Shown here in pieces: positions 1 through 9,043 of a stretch of DNA of 54,547 nt; position 1 is the stretch's first letter, and each line of letters starts with the position of its first letter. Location: contig CAZUNO010000020.1 of the NCBI GenBank assembly GCA_964621445.1, positions 1 through 54,547 of the forward strand, written 5' to 3'. The position numbers were made by a program, and so were the translations under genes. The notes under the pieces are model-generated. The model had not been told where the DNA came from and ran no database searches. It saw only the letters and a list, made by a program, of their open reading frames with translations. Source of the stretch: Candidatus Hadarchaeota archaeon (GTDB lineage: Archaea; CAYQAE01; CAYVLA01).

Positions 1-506
1 GCTGAACCGGCGAGTCCCTTTTCATTCACCATCATCATGCAGGCAATCAAGCTTACATCGCTGACTGCGATGAACTTATGCAGTCCAGAATGAGAACCAT
101 CAAGTATGAATGCCGATTGATCCCTGGCATCGTTGTCTCGATTCTTATGGAAGAAAATCCTATTTTCAGCGGTGTATTTAGGTGAAACAGCATAGGATGT
201 GCATTCATGGCCCAGGTGCAGCTGGCGATAAGCGTTTGCTATGTAGGAGAGGAATAGATCCTCCTCAACGTGGGCCTGTCGAGCTATCGCCTTCGCCTCA
301 GCTAGCCAGTGTGGTGCCACCTTCCTGGCTATCTTGCAGAATCTCTGGGATCTTTCAATGAGATCCGATTTGTTTAGCGAATTCCGCTTGGCTGGAAACA
401 AGAAGTCGTCTCTAAGGTTGCGTCGGATAGACTCCCGGTTGATATTTCCCCACCTGGAGCCAATCTGGCTCGGGGTCCCCTTCAGCTCAACCATGTTGCC
501 CCCCAT
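1..506 (-). CDS. Peptidase C45 / Ntn-hydrolase family protein (5' part; runs off the window edge)
   Basis: Manual translation, absent from the ORF track: MGGNMVELKGTPSQIGSRWG...HLGHECTSYAVSPKYTAENRIFFHKNRDND...MVNEKGLAGS. The E-C-T-S nucleophile, HKNRD and NEKGL motifs are typical of C45/AAT enzymes. Confidence 0.8.
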   Translation of the reverse strand, partial: MGGNMVELKGTPSQIGSRWGNINRESIRRNLRDDFLFPAKRNSLNKSDLIERSQRFCKIARKVAPHWLAEAKAIARQAHVEEDLFLSYIANAYRQLHLGHECTSYAVSPKYTAENRIFFHKNRDNDARDQSAFILDGSHSGLHKFIAVSDVSLIACMMMVNEKGLAGS

Positions 507-534
507 CGGGATACCCGCCCTCTAAATGGCGATT

Positions 535-1626
535 TCAATTGCCGGTGCCTTGATTAACCAATAAGCGTGAGCGTGATGTCTCCGATATCCAATCACCTTG
601 TTCGACATCTTCCTCCCTGAATGTTGCCATCAGTATCTGCTTAGCTCCTGTTCGCTCGAAATCATATATGATGTATATGGTGCCATCCGGGGCCTGGACA
701 CCATCCGGGTAGGAAACACCCTCCCGCTCGTCGATAAGAAGACCACCTTCCCATGTCTGGCCGTCGTCCTTTGATAAATATGCCGTGAGGTCGGACCTAC
801 CGGTTTTTTCGAATAAGGGGCCATGTTTGACGAGAAGCAAGTTTCCAGAATCCATTCTTCGTATGAAAAACCGCGCTGTGGGGTGAAGTATTTCCCAGAG
901 TTTTGGGACTGTCCAGCTGTAACCCTTGTCTTCCGAGTAGCTCTGTGATATCCCTTCCTCTATCCTTATCAACATCCAAAGCTTTCCGTCATTATTCTCC
1001 ACAATCATGTGTTCCGAAAATTTTTTCCCGGGCATAAGCGGACCCCCGCGGAGACTATAGCTTTGTCCCTGGTCCTCGGAGGCCAGGACATTCGGTCTCT
1101 TTTCCCTGGCCGGGACATCCTCTCGCTTGCTTCGATTCCAGACGGTGACGGGAAGCATCCATTCCCCATCATTGAGAACCGTGGGCTTGTTCATCATGAT
1201 CCCGTTACAGATTCTCTCGGGCGCTGACCATTTGGGTCTCTCATTACCTGGATTCGATGTCTTCATGTTCCAAACACCCGCTCGTCCATCGAAGTGTTCG
1301 TAGCTCTGTGCCCAGAACAGCTCGAGATTTCCTGTGGGATCAAGCCACAGACACGGATCGAAGGCCCTAACTGGATCAGGTGGATCGATTACCATCTTGA
1401 GGCCCGACCAGGTCCTCCCATCGTCCCCGCTGGTGGAAAGCATGACATAGTTCTCCCCGGTCTCACCGGTTCCTCCACCGTACCATACGGCCCAAAGCCT
1501 CCCGTTATCCGCCCTCTCGATACCCGGTATGCCCTGGAAAGCCCGGTCTTCATCGGAGTACTCGTCCCCCGGAGATGTATTAACATGGGGTGATTGCAGT
1601 GCTAGATCCGATTCCTTAGCGTCCAT
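535..1626 (-). CDS. BNR-repeat (Asp-box) exo-alpha-sialidase-like protein
   Basis: 363 aa with four Asp boxes (SGDDGRTW, SEDQGQSY, SEDKGYSW, SKDDGQTW), an N-terminal FQGIP motif and VSYPD near the C-terminus. Confidence 0.85.
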   Translation of the reverse strand: MDAKESDLALQSPHVNTSPGDEYSDEDRAFQGIPGIERADNGRLWAVWYGGGTGETGENYVMLSTSGDDGRTWSGLKMVIDPPDPVRAFDPCLWLDPTGNLELFWAQSYEHFDGRAGVWNMKTSNPGNERPKWSAPERICNGIMMNKPTVLNDGEWMLPVTVWNRSKREDVPAREKRPNVLASEDQGQSYSLRGGPLMPGKKFSEHMIVENNDGKLWMLIRIEEGISQSYSEDKGYSWTVPKLWEILHPTARFFIRRMDSGNLLLVKHGPLFEKTGRSDLTAYLSKDDGQTWEGGLLIDEREGVSYPDGVQAPDGTIYIIYDFERTGAKQILMATFREEDVEQGDWISETSRSRLLVNQGTGN

Positions 1627-1732
1627 GAATGAGGATAGACGGGTTATCCTATTGTGTCTTGCCCCTAATGATTGAATGAAGATGGAGGGTTTTATTCAGG
1701 CAGCCATCATCGAAATGTAATTCGCGTTGACC

Positions 1733-2140
1733 TTAATTCGATTCTTGGGTATCTTGAAATCTAAGGGCCACTGAATTGATACAATATCTCTTTCCAGTGG
1801 GCTCTGGGCCGTCGTCGAAGACGTGACCAAGATGGCCCCCGCATCGCGAGCAGACCACCTCTGTCCTCTTCATCAGGAGGCTTCCGTCCGACCTTTCCCG
1901 TACAGACTCATCGGATATGGGGGACCAAAAGCTTGGCCAACCGGTGCCGGACTTGAACTTGGTCCGGGAAGAGAACAACTCATTCCCGCACCCCGCACAT
2001 AGGTAAATCCCCTCTGCATTATGGTTCCAGTACTTACCGGTAAAAGCGGGTTCAGTTCCCTTCTTCCTCAAAACACGGAATTCCTCGGGTGTCAGTGTCT
2101 TTTTCCACTCATCCTCGGTCTTTTCTATATCGAAATTCAT
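1733..2140 (-). CDS. msrB: Peptide methionine-(R)-sulfoxide reductase MsrB
   Basis: GTEPAFTG, two Zn CxxC motifs (CAGC, CSRC), SGTGWPSF, GHLGHVFDDGP and RYCINS. Confidence 0.97.
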   Translation of the reverse strand: MNFDIEKTEDEWKKTLTPEEFRVLRKKGTEPAFTGKYWNHNAEGIYLCAGCGNELFSSRTKFKSGTGWPSFWSPISDESVRERSDGSLLMKRTEVVCSRCGGHLGHVFDDGPEPTGKRYCINSVALRFQDTQESN

Positions 2141-2375
2141 GTATTTCCCTTACGGGATGACGAGATCCACAAAGGTCAATTAAGCCTTCCCCGAAATCAA
2201 CCGTTTGCCGTATCCTGGCACCCTTGAACGAAACAGTGGCCGTCAATTGCATGCCTGGAATCCATTGGAGTGCTGGTAATTGATCGGTCCCGTTTCATGG
2301 CCGATCTAAGCTCTGCCAGGAATCCAAGCCATAAATAAAGGGAGGTCTCTCTCCAAAAGGGAGGACGAGGATGGA

Positions 2376-4355
2376 ATGAAGATCGATGGACGAGCTATCC
2401 CTGATGATCAGGAATACACCAATTCGTTGGGAATGAAAATGGTGAGAATTGAGCCCGGCTCCTTCGAAATGGGTTTTGAGGGCGGGGAGTTGCCGGAGGA
2501 CCTTACCGGTGGGAAACCCCATCGCCGGTTTGGAGATTTTGATGAAACCCCCAGACACCAGGTTCGTATCAGGGAACCTTTCTACATCTCTGAATTACAG
2601 ATAACGAATTCCCAATACGAGAATTTTGATCCATCTCACGAGGTCCTCCGGGGTAAGAACGGCATTTCAGCCCAGGACAAGGAGGCCGTGGTCCATGTCA
2701 GCTGGCATGACGCGGTCGCCTTTTGCGAATGGTTATCGAAGAAGGAAGGTATTCCCTACCGACTTCCAACCGAGGCCGAATGGGAGTATGCCTGCCGCGC
2801 GGGAACGGAATCCATATTCTATACCGGTGATTCGCCCCCCGAGGGGAGCCTGAAGGAGGGTCCGGTAAAGGACATAGACCTGTACGTAGGTGAAACCGAT
2901 CCTAATCCCTGGGGTCTATATGATATGCATGGTAATGTCGAGGAATGGTGCCTGGACTGGTATGGTCCCTATGTGGCCGAGGCGCAGGCCGATCCCGCTG
3001 GAAGGTGCAAAGGGGATTTCAAGGTGACCCGTGGCGGAAGTCACTCAACGGGGGCCTATTATCTTCGTTCGGCAAATCGGGCCGGTACCTTGCCGGATGA
3101 CAGCAGCCATTTAATTGGGGTAAGAATAGTCGCCGCCGGCATGCCCAAGGGCAGCATGCTCTCCCCACCACCGGCCGTCTTGTGGCAGAAGGGAGTCAAT
3201 CAGTCCATCCCATCGGATATTGGAAGCGGACCGGACCCAAACAAGCCATTTTTTGACGGACCAAGAAAATACGTGATAATTCCGGAGGATGCCCAGGGAC
3301 CTCTTTTTTCAAGACACAACCATGACCCGGCCCTAGCAAGGTGTGCTAACGGGGACCTGCTGGCCATATGGTATACCTGCGTTCGGGAACCTGGACGCGA
3401 GCTCGCCCTGGCTGCCAGCAGATTTAGAAGGGGTTCCCAAACATGGGACCAGGCCTCCCCCTTCTGGGACGCCCCCGATCGCAATGACCACGCACCTGCC
3501 CTGTGGTTCGATGGGAAAAAGACATTGTATCACTTCAACGGCCTTTCCATAGGGGAGGGATACAAGGAAAACCTGGCTCTGGTAATGAGGACCTCAAAGG
3601 ATAATGGCAAGACATGGTCAAAGGCCCGTTTTGTGAACTCCGATCGAAGCAAGCCCAGTCAACCGGTTCCCTGTGTAATCCGCACCAGAGATGGAACCAT
3701 TATGTTCCCGTCCGATGCGTCGAATTCCGAGATAGGCAGGGGTTCTGTTCTTTGGATGAGCAATGATGAGGGGCATACCTGGTCGATGTCCGGAAGCCCA
3801 ATCGCTGGTATTCACGCCGGTTTTGTGGAGCTTGAGGACGGTAGATTGATGGCATTTGGAAGAGGCAATGATATAGATGACAGAATGCCAATGAGCATAT
3901 CGGATGACCAAGGGGAGACCTGGGAATACTCTCCCAGCCCATTCCCTCCGATAGCAAGCGGCCAAAGGCTGGTGTTAATGACGCTCAGGGAGGGTCCGAT
4001 TCTTTTCTGTTCATTTACCGGACTTCGTAAGAACCCGGCACCCATGCCCATAAAGGATGAATCGGGGGAAGAGCGTTTGGTGCGAGGGCTTTTTGCCGCC
4101 CTGTCCCTTGATGAGGGTAAAACCTGGCCGTACAGGAGATTGGTAAGCGATGATGGGCCAGGAAGAGAGGTGGAGGCCATGGATGGAAGGACTTTCACAA
4201 TGGACTTCGGCAATGCAGAGCCGCTAGGGTATCTCGCGGCTTGCCAAACCGAGGACGGCTTGATCCACCTTATAAGCAGCCGCCAGCACTATTCCTTCAA
4301 CCTACAATGGCTCAAGACCCCTCCGCCAGCCGAGCCGGGTGAAATCACTTCCTAG
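2376..4355 (+). CDS. Fusion of an FGE-sulfatase/SUMF1-EgtB-PvdO domain and a BNR sialidase-like propeller
   Basis: N-terminal NSLGMKMVRIEPGSFEMG, YRLPTEAEWEYACRAG, NPWGLYDMHGNVEEWCLD, RGGS; C-terminal Asp boxes SKDNGKTW, SNDEGHTW, SDDQGETW, SLDEGKTW. Confidence 0.88.
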   Translation: MKIDGRAIPDDQEYTNSLGMKMVRIEPGSFEMGFEGGELPEDLTGGKPHRRFGDFDETPRHQVRIREPFYISELQITNSQYENFDPSHEVLRGKNGISAQDKEAVVHVSWHDAVAFCEWLSKKEGIPYRLPTEAEWEYACRAGTESIFYTGDSPPEGSLKEGPVKDIDLYVGETDPNPWGLYDMHGNVEEWCLDWYGPYVAEAQADPAGRCKGDFKVTRGGSHSTGAYYLRSANRAGTLPDDSSHLIGVRIVAAGMPKGSMLSPPPAVLWQKGVNQSIPSDIGSGPDPNKPFFDGPRKYVIIPEDAQGPLFSRHNHDPALARCANGDLLAIWYTCVREPGRELALAASRFRRGSQTWDQASPFWDAPDRNDHAPALWFDGKKTLYHFNGLSIGEGYKENLALVMRTSKDNGKTWSKARFVNSDRSKPSQPVPCVIRTRDGTIMFPSDASNSEIGRGSVLWMSNDEGHTWSMSGSPIAGIHAGFVELEDGRLMAFGRGNDIDDRMPMSISDDQGETWEYSPSPFPPIASGQRLVLMTLREGPILFCSFTGLRKNPAPMPIKDESGEERLVRGLFAALSLDEGKTWPYRRLVSDDGPGREVEAMDGRTFTMDFGNAEPLGYLAACQTEDGLIHLISSRQHYSFNLQWLKTPPPAEPGEITS

Positions 4356-4373
4356 ATCTGGACATAGGGTTGG

Positions 4374-6620
4374 ATGTTTAAATTGAATAAACTCTACTTT
4401 GAGAAGATATCCAGGCATGATCGTCCCAGGGAGCCAGTTAGTCTCAGCATCCCATTCGGGGAGGGGCGTTTCAAAGATTCCGATTATCTTGTGGTAAGGG
4501 ACGGCTCCAAACCACTTCCCGTCCAGCAACGGATTCTATCCACATGGCCTGATGGAAGCGTCAGATGGTTGAGGGCTCACATGCAGCCTGATCTTCCAGG
4601 GAATGCGGGTAAAACCTTAACCTTCGATATTGAGGATAATCAAGGTGACTTTGATCTGGATTCCAGGGTCTCCGTGGAGGAGACAGGCAACGGGCTTTCA
4701 GTGGATACTTGCAAGATCGCTTTCAAGGTACCTAATTCCGGTTACAGGCCGCTTGCCGATATCTCTATGCATAATGAACCCATCCTGGGTGAGGACCTTC
4801 TTGGAGGTTTCGTAATCGATCTGCCTGATCGAAGGCTGAACAGCAGGAGAGGTGAAGTGGAGATAGGGCTGGAGGACAAAGGACCACTCCTAACCTCGGT
4901 CCTGGTGAAGGGGAAGCACCAGTCCGAGGAGGGAATTCCCTTCCTGGATTACGAGGGTCGAATAACGGCCTACGCCGGCAAACCTTATGTCCAGGTCGAG
5001 TATCGTTTCCTCCATAAGGAGGAAACTGAAACGCTCTCCCTACGGGAGTGCCGCCTGGATTTTACCCCGGATCAGGGAGAGAACCCTGAGGTAGCGCTTG
5101 GCGAGGGCTATTACAGGACCTCGATAGAAAGGGGCCAGGGTCCATTTCAAAAGCTGATCAACGGGGAAACCCTGCTCTATCAGAGCTATGAGCATTTCGT
5201 GGTTTCCTTTTACGGGGATTTCTGGGCCGATTGGAGGAACGAGGAAGCCGGCCTCGCTATGTCAATATACAAATCCCATCAGAATTTTCCAAAGGCACTT
5301 CAGGTAGATGGAAATGGCATATCCTGTTATCTTTACCCAGGCCAGTCACCCCCGACTGAAATCAGGATGGGGGTCGCCAAGACTCACATGATCCTACTGC
5401 ACTTTCATGGTCCCGAGAAGCCCCTCTCCGAAATCTCGGCCAGAAGTCTGCAGTTCCAGATCCCGGATATACCGTCCTTGACCAGGAATTGGTATAGGGA
5501 TAACAATCCCTGGGCTATGGAATTTTTCCCTGAAAAGATCCCGTCTAGGCTGATAACCGATCTGGTTAGAACCCATGATGGTAGACCTGAGGCTCTTGGA
5601 ATGCTCCATTTCGGGGATTCTCCGGATGCTGGATATAGCGATCAGGGCCGGGGGAAAGGCCGGGTGGTTTGGGTGAATAACGAGTACGATCGTGGTCATG
5701 CTTGCACCCTGTTCTATGCACTGACTGGGATCAGACGTGCTCTCGACTCTGCCCTGGTTAGCGCTCGTCATTGGCTGGATGTAGACATCTGCCACTACAG
5801 CAAGGATCCTCTACGTGAAGGGGGCCTGATTACCCATAGTGCCAACCACGTGGAGGCCGGCGTCACCCCATCTCATGAATGGGTCGATGGATTGCTGGAC
5901 TACTATTACCTGACGGGCAGAAAGGAAGGACTACGGTCTGCCCATTCCGTGGCTCAAAACATAATGAGACACATGGCACGCCCGATAATGCGAAGAGAGG
6001 GCAAGACATCTACGCGGGAGAATGGCTGGGCGCTAAGGGCTATGGTCTCGATGTTTCTTGCCACGGGAGAGGAAAAGTATAGGAAGGAAGCAAGAAGGAT
6101 CGTGGAGCTTTTCATAGAATGGAATGAGAAATATGGAGGCCTTTTAGCCCCTTATACTGATCATAGCATGCCAAGAGTGGTGTTCATGAACGCCATAACC
6201 GGCAATTCACTGGCCCGTTACCTGGCTATCGAGAATGACAGGAATGTCGAAAAGCTTGTGTTGGAAATTGCTGACGACCTCATCGAGCAATGTCTTGGCC
6301 CGGATGGAATCTTCATCTACAAGGAATTGCCATCCCTGGCCCATCCCAGCCCGTCCCCCCATGCGCTGGAATTGATGGCCCATGCATATAGGATAAGCGG
6401 GGAAGATCGGTATTTGAATATCGCAACACGGCAGTTTGTCTTGGCCAGCAAGAACCTTGGAGGAGTGAGTCGGGGTCCAAAGAGACTTGACGAGAGCGGG
6501 GCTTTGATAAGAGGTCATGGCAGCGGGAGGTCCTTTGCCGAAAGCTACACTTCGATCATACTATTCGCTTCCATGGCAACTCCTCTAGGACTGTTGGACT
6601 GGTACGAGTATCCTGCATGA
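4374..6620 (+). CDS. YetA/PcRGLX exo-rhamnogalacturonan-lyase-like protein (N-terminal WxDGS barrel plus C-terminal alpha/alpha toroid)
   Basis: 748 aa; PVQQRILSTWPDGSVRW, GMLHFGD, WVNNEYD, SHEWVDGLLDYYYLTG, RENGW. Confidence 0.6.
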   Translation: MFKLNKLYFEKISRHDRPREPVSLSIPFGEGRFKDSDYLVVRDGSKPLPVQQRILSTWPDGSVRWLRAHMQPDLPGNAGKTLTFDIEDNQGDFDLDSRVSVEETGNGLSVDTCKIAFKVPNSGYRPLADISMHNEPILGEDLLGGFVIDLPDRRLNSRRGEVEIGLEDKGPLLTSVLVKGKHQSEEGIPFLDYEGRITAYAGKPYVQVEYRFLHKEETETLSLRECRLDFTPDQGENPEVALGEGYYRTSIERGQGPFQKLINGETLLYQSYEHFVVSFYGDFWADWRNEEAGLAMSIYKSHQNFPKALQVDGNGISCYLYPGQSPPTEIRMGVAKTHMILLHFHGPEKPLSEISARSLQFQIPDIPSLTRNWYRDNNPWAMEFFPEKIPSRLITDLVRTHDGRPEALGMLHFGDSPDAGYSDQGRGKGRVVWVNNEYDRGHACTLFYALTGIRRALDSALVSARHWLDVDICHYSKDPLREGGLITHSANHVEAGVTPSHEWVDGLLDYYYLTGRKEGLRSAHSVAQNIMRHMARPIMRREGKTSTRENGWALRAMVSMFLATGEEKYRKEARRIVELFIEWNEKYGGLLAPYTDHSMPRVVFMNAITGNSLARYLAIENDRNVEKLVLEIADDLIEQCLGPDGIFIYKELPSLAHPSPSPHALELMAHAYRISGEDRYLNIATRQFVLASKNLGGVSRGPKRLDESGALIRGHGSGRSFAESYTSIILFASMATPLGLLDWYEYPA

Positions 6621-6660
6621 TCGACAGGCGGGAGATAATGCAGCATTCGGAGGTTTGTAT

Positions 6661-7839
6661 ATGGGAAAAAACCGAAATGTGATCGTCGCCCTGGGAGGTG
6701 GGCCCACCGCGGTTACTAACAATTGCCTTCTTGGGCTCCTGAAGGAGGCTCAGGCCCAGAGCGGGATCGGTGAGGTGCTGGGAGCCGTAAACGGTGTGAA
6801 GGGAATCCTGGGTGAGAAGCTAGTTGATATGAAGATAAAATCTGGACTGATGGAGAATTCTTACCTGGGTCCGGGATCATTTCTAGGGTCGTGTCGAAGG
6901 GAGATGGCCGAGGAAGATTACCGGAGAATCCTGGATATCCTCGAGAAACATGAGGCGGGGTTCATCATACTAATGGGGGGCGAAGGGACGATGTCCATGC
7001 TAGATACCTTGGACCACTATGTGGACGAACGTAAAATGGAGGTCACCATGATTGGAGTTCCCATGACGGTTGACAACGATATCAAGGGTACGGATCATTG
7101 TCTCGGTTACGGGAGCGCGGCCAGGTTCTATTCAACCTCAGTTATGGAGGTGGGGATGGACGCCATGAGTCTTCCGCCACCGGTCACGGTTTTCGAAACC
7201 ATGGGAAGGGATAGCGGCTGGCTTGCGGCCTCAACAATCATGGCCAGAAGAGAAAGGAACGATCCGCCTCATCTCATATTTCTGCCTGAGCGTCCCTTCG
7301 ATGAGGAATGGTTCTTGAATGAGGTTAGTTCGATCTACGGGGACCTTGGTTACGTCTCGGTGGTCGTGAGCGAGGGTCTGAAGGGGAAGACCGGGGAATC
7401 CCTGTGGGCTGAAGGGGATGCCAATCGGGACGAATACGGACATCCGCTTTATGGTGGTGTTGGGAAGTACATCTGCAACCTAATAAGTTCTAGATTAGGC
7501 CTCCGTGCACGAGATGAGAAGCCCGGACTTCTGGCGCGCTGTTGCATGTCCCAGGTTTCCAGAACCGATCGAATGGAGTCCTTTCGGCTGGGCAGGGAGG
7601 CCGTTAGGTTTGCCCTTAGGGAGGAAGCTCGGGGAATGCTGGGGCTGCGAAGAAGCGGAGGTGACAGCTATGAGTGCGAGGTGGAGTTGATTTCGTTCTC
7701 CGAGGCTAGCGATGGGATAAGGGAGGTTCCCCCCTGCTTTATGGCCGAGGAGGGCCAGGTTAGTCATGATTTTGTAGAATACGTTAAACCACTGCTCGGA
7801 GGTCCCCTGCCCGGATACAGGGGTCCGGTGGGGATATGA
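6661..7839 (+). CDS. PfkA-family phosphofructokinase-like sugar kinase with atypical motifs
   Basis: GGGPTAVTN, LGSCR, GGEGT, PMTVDND, DHCLGYGSAAR, ETMGRDSGWLA, VSEG. A GGAGG RBS precedes the start (ORF track opens at 6655). Confidence 0.88.
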   Translation: MGKNRNVIVALGGGPTAVTNNCLLGLLKEAQAQSGIGEVLGAVNGVKGILGEKLVDMKIKSGLMENSYLGPGSFLGSCRREMAEEDYRRILDILEKHEAGFIILMGGEGTMSMLDTLDHYVDERKMEVTMIGVPMTVDNDIKGTDHCLGYGSAARFYSTSVMEVGMDAMSLPPPVTVFETMGRDSGWLAASTIMARRERNDPPHLIFLPERPFDEEWFLNEVSSIYGDLGYVSVVVSEGLKGKTGESLWAEGDANRDEYGHPLYGGVGKYICNLISSRLGLRARDEKPGLLARCCMSQVSRTDRMESFRLGREAVRFALREEARGMLGLRRSGGDSYECEVELISFSEASDGIREVPPCFMAEEGQVSHDFVEYVKPLLGGPLPGYRGPVGI

Positions 7840-7901
7840 GTTGTAAGACCCTGGCATCCACAATACTTTTTGGCCTTCAGAACTGATTAGACGGGATTTC
7901 C

Positions 7902-8975
7902 ATGAAAATAGCTAGCCTGGAACCGATTCTTCTAGACCCAACGCTGTTGGTAAGGTTGGAGACCGATGGCGGTATAGTGGGGTGGGGAGAGTGCAGTCCA
8001 ATGAACACAAGGGTGACCCAATCTCACCTAAAACACTCAATCAAACCTCTGGTGGTAGGAAGGGATCCCTTCAATCTAGAGTCCATAGTCGAGGACATCT
8101 TCGTTAAAACCTACAAGATCGCCGGTCAATCCCAGGCAATGGCGGCTAGCGGGGTGGAGATCGCCCTCTGGGATATCATTGGGAAATCATTGGAGGTTCC
8201 CATCTACAAGCTGATCGGAGGAGCATATAGAAAGAAAGTGAGGGTCTATGCCTCGAGCATGCGCCGCGATATTTCGCCGAAGGAGGAAGCGGACCGGATG
8301 ACTCGTTTGGTCGATGACCACGGATTCACGGCCGTTAAGGTAAGGGTAGGCCAGAAATTTGGGTTCAATCGGGATGCTGCCCCGGGAAGAAGCGAGGCAG
8401 TGGTGAGGGAGGTAAGGTCAAGTCTGGGGGAGGGGGTAGAAATCATGGTCGATGCCAATTCCTGCTACACGGCGAAGGGAGCCATAAAGATGGGAAGACG
8501 CCTGGAGAAATATGACATATTCCATTTTGAGGAGCCATGTCCGTACAAGGACCTGGATTCCACGGCCAAGGTTGCGGCTGCCCTCGATACCCCCGTTGCC
8601 GGAGGGGAGCAGGATTGGGAGATGCACCATTTCCGGAGGATGATGGAGATGGGAGCTGTTGACATCGTTCAGCCCGATCTGATAAAGGCCGGTGGCTTTT
8701 TGATATGCAAGAAAATTGCGGCTATGGCCGAAAGTTTCGGGTTGGTGTGTACACCCCATCAGACCCAGCCTCTGGGGACCATCGCAAATCTGCATTTCGT
8801 GGCCTCAACCCCTTGTTGTCGTTACTCCCAGGAATTCAATATCGAGAGCCACCCCTGGAGAGAGAGGCTTTTCGGGGAGCAACTCCGGGTTAAGGATGGA
8901 TTTCTACCAGTTCCCCAGGAACCGGGCCTTGGGATTGAGATAAACGAGGATCTACTTCCAGATCCGGATCTCTAG
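7902..8975 (+). CDS. Mandelate racemase/muconate lactonizing enzyme family protein (probable sugar-acid dehydratase)
   Basis: SGVEIALWDIIGK, KVR, metal ligands in MVDAN/FEEP/AGGEQ, DIVQPD, C-terminal PGLGIE. Confidence 0.92.
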   Translation: MKIASLEPILLDPTLLVRLETDGGIVGWGECSPMNTRVTQSHLKHSIKPLVVGRDPFNLESIVEDIFVKTYKIAGQSQAMAASGVEIALWDIIGKSLEVPIYKLIGGAYRKKVRVYASSMRRDISPKEEADRMTRLVDDHGFTAVKVRVGQKFGFNRDAAPGRSEAVVREVRSSLGEGVEIMVDANSCYTAKGAIKMGRRLEKYDIFHFEEPCPYKDLDSTAKVAAALDTPVAGGEQDWEMHHFRRMMEMGAVDIVQPDLIKAGGFLICKKIAAMAESFGLVCTPHQTQPLGTIANLHFVASTPCCRYSQEFNIESHPWRERLFGEQLRVKDGFLPVPQEPGLGIEINEDLLPDPDL

Positions 8976-9043
8976 AACCCGGGATATCCATGAGAGAGGG
9001 CCTTCGCGCGGACACCGGTGGATAATCCAAGGCTAAGACCTGC

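Noticed and set aside
2376-3200. FGE/CLec domain as a DGR target or an active formylglycine-generating enzyme
   Set aside because: No template repeat or RT was seen, and the catalytic Cys motif is absent.
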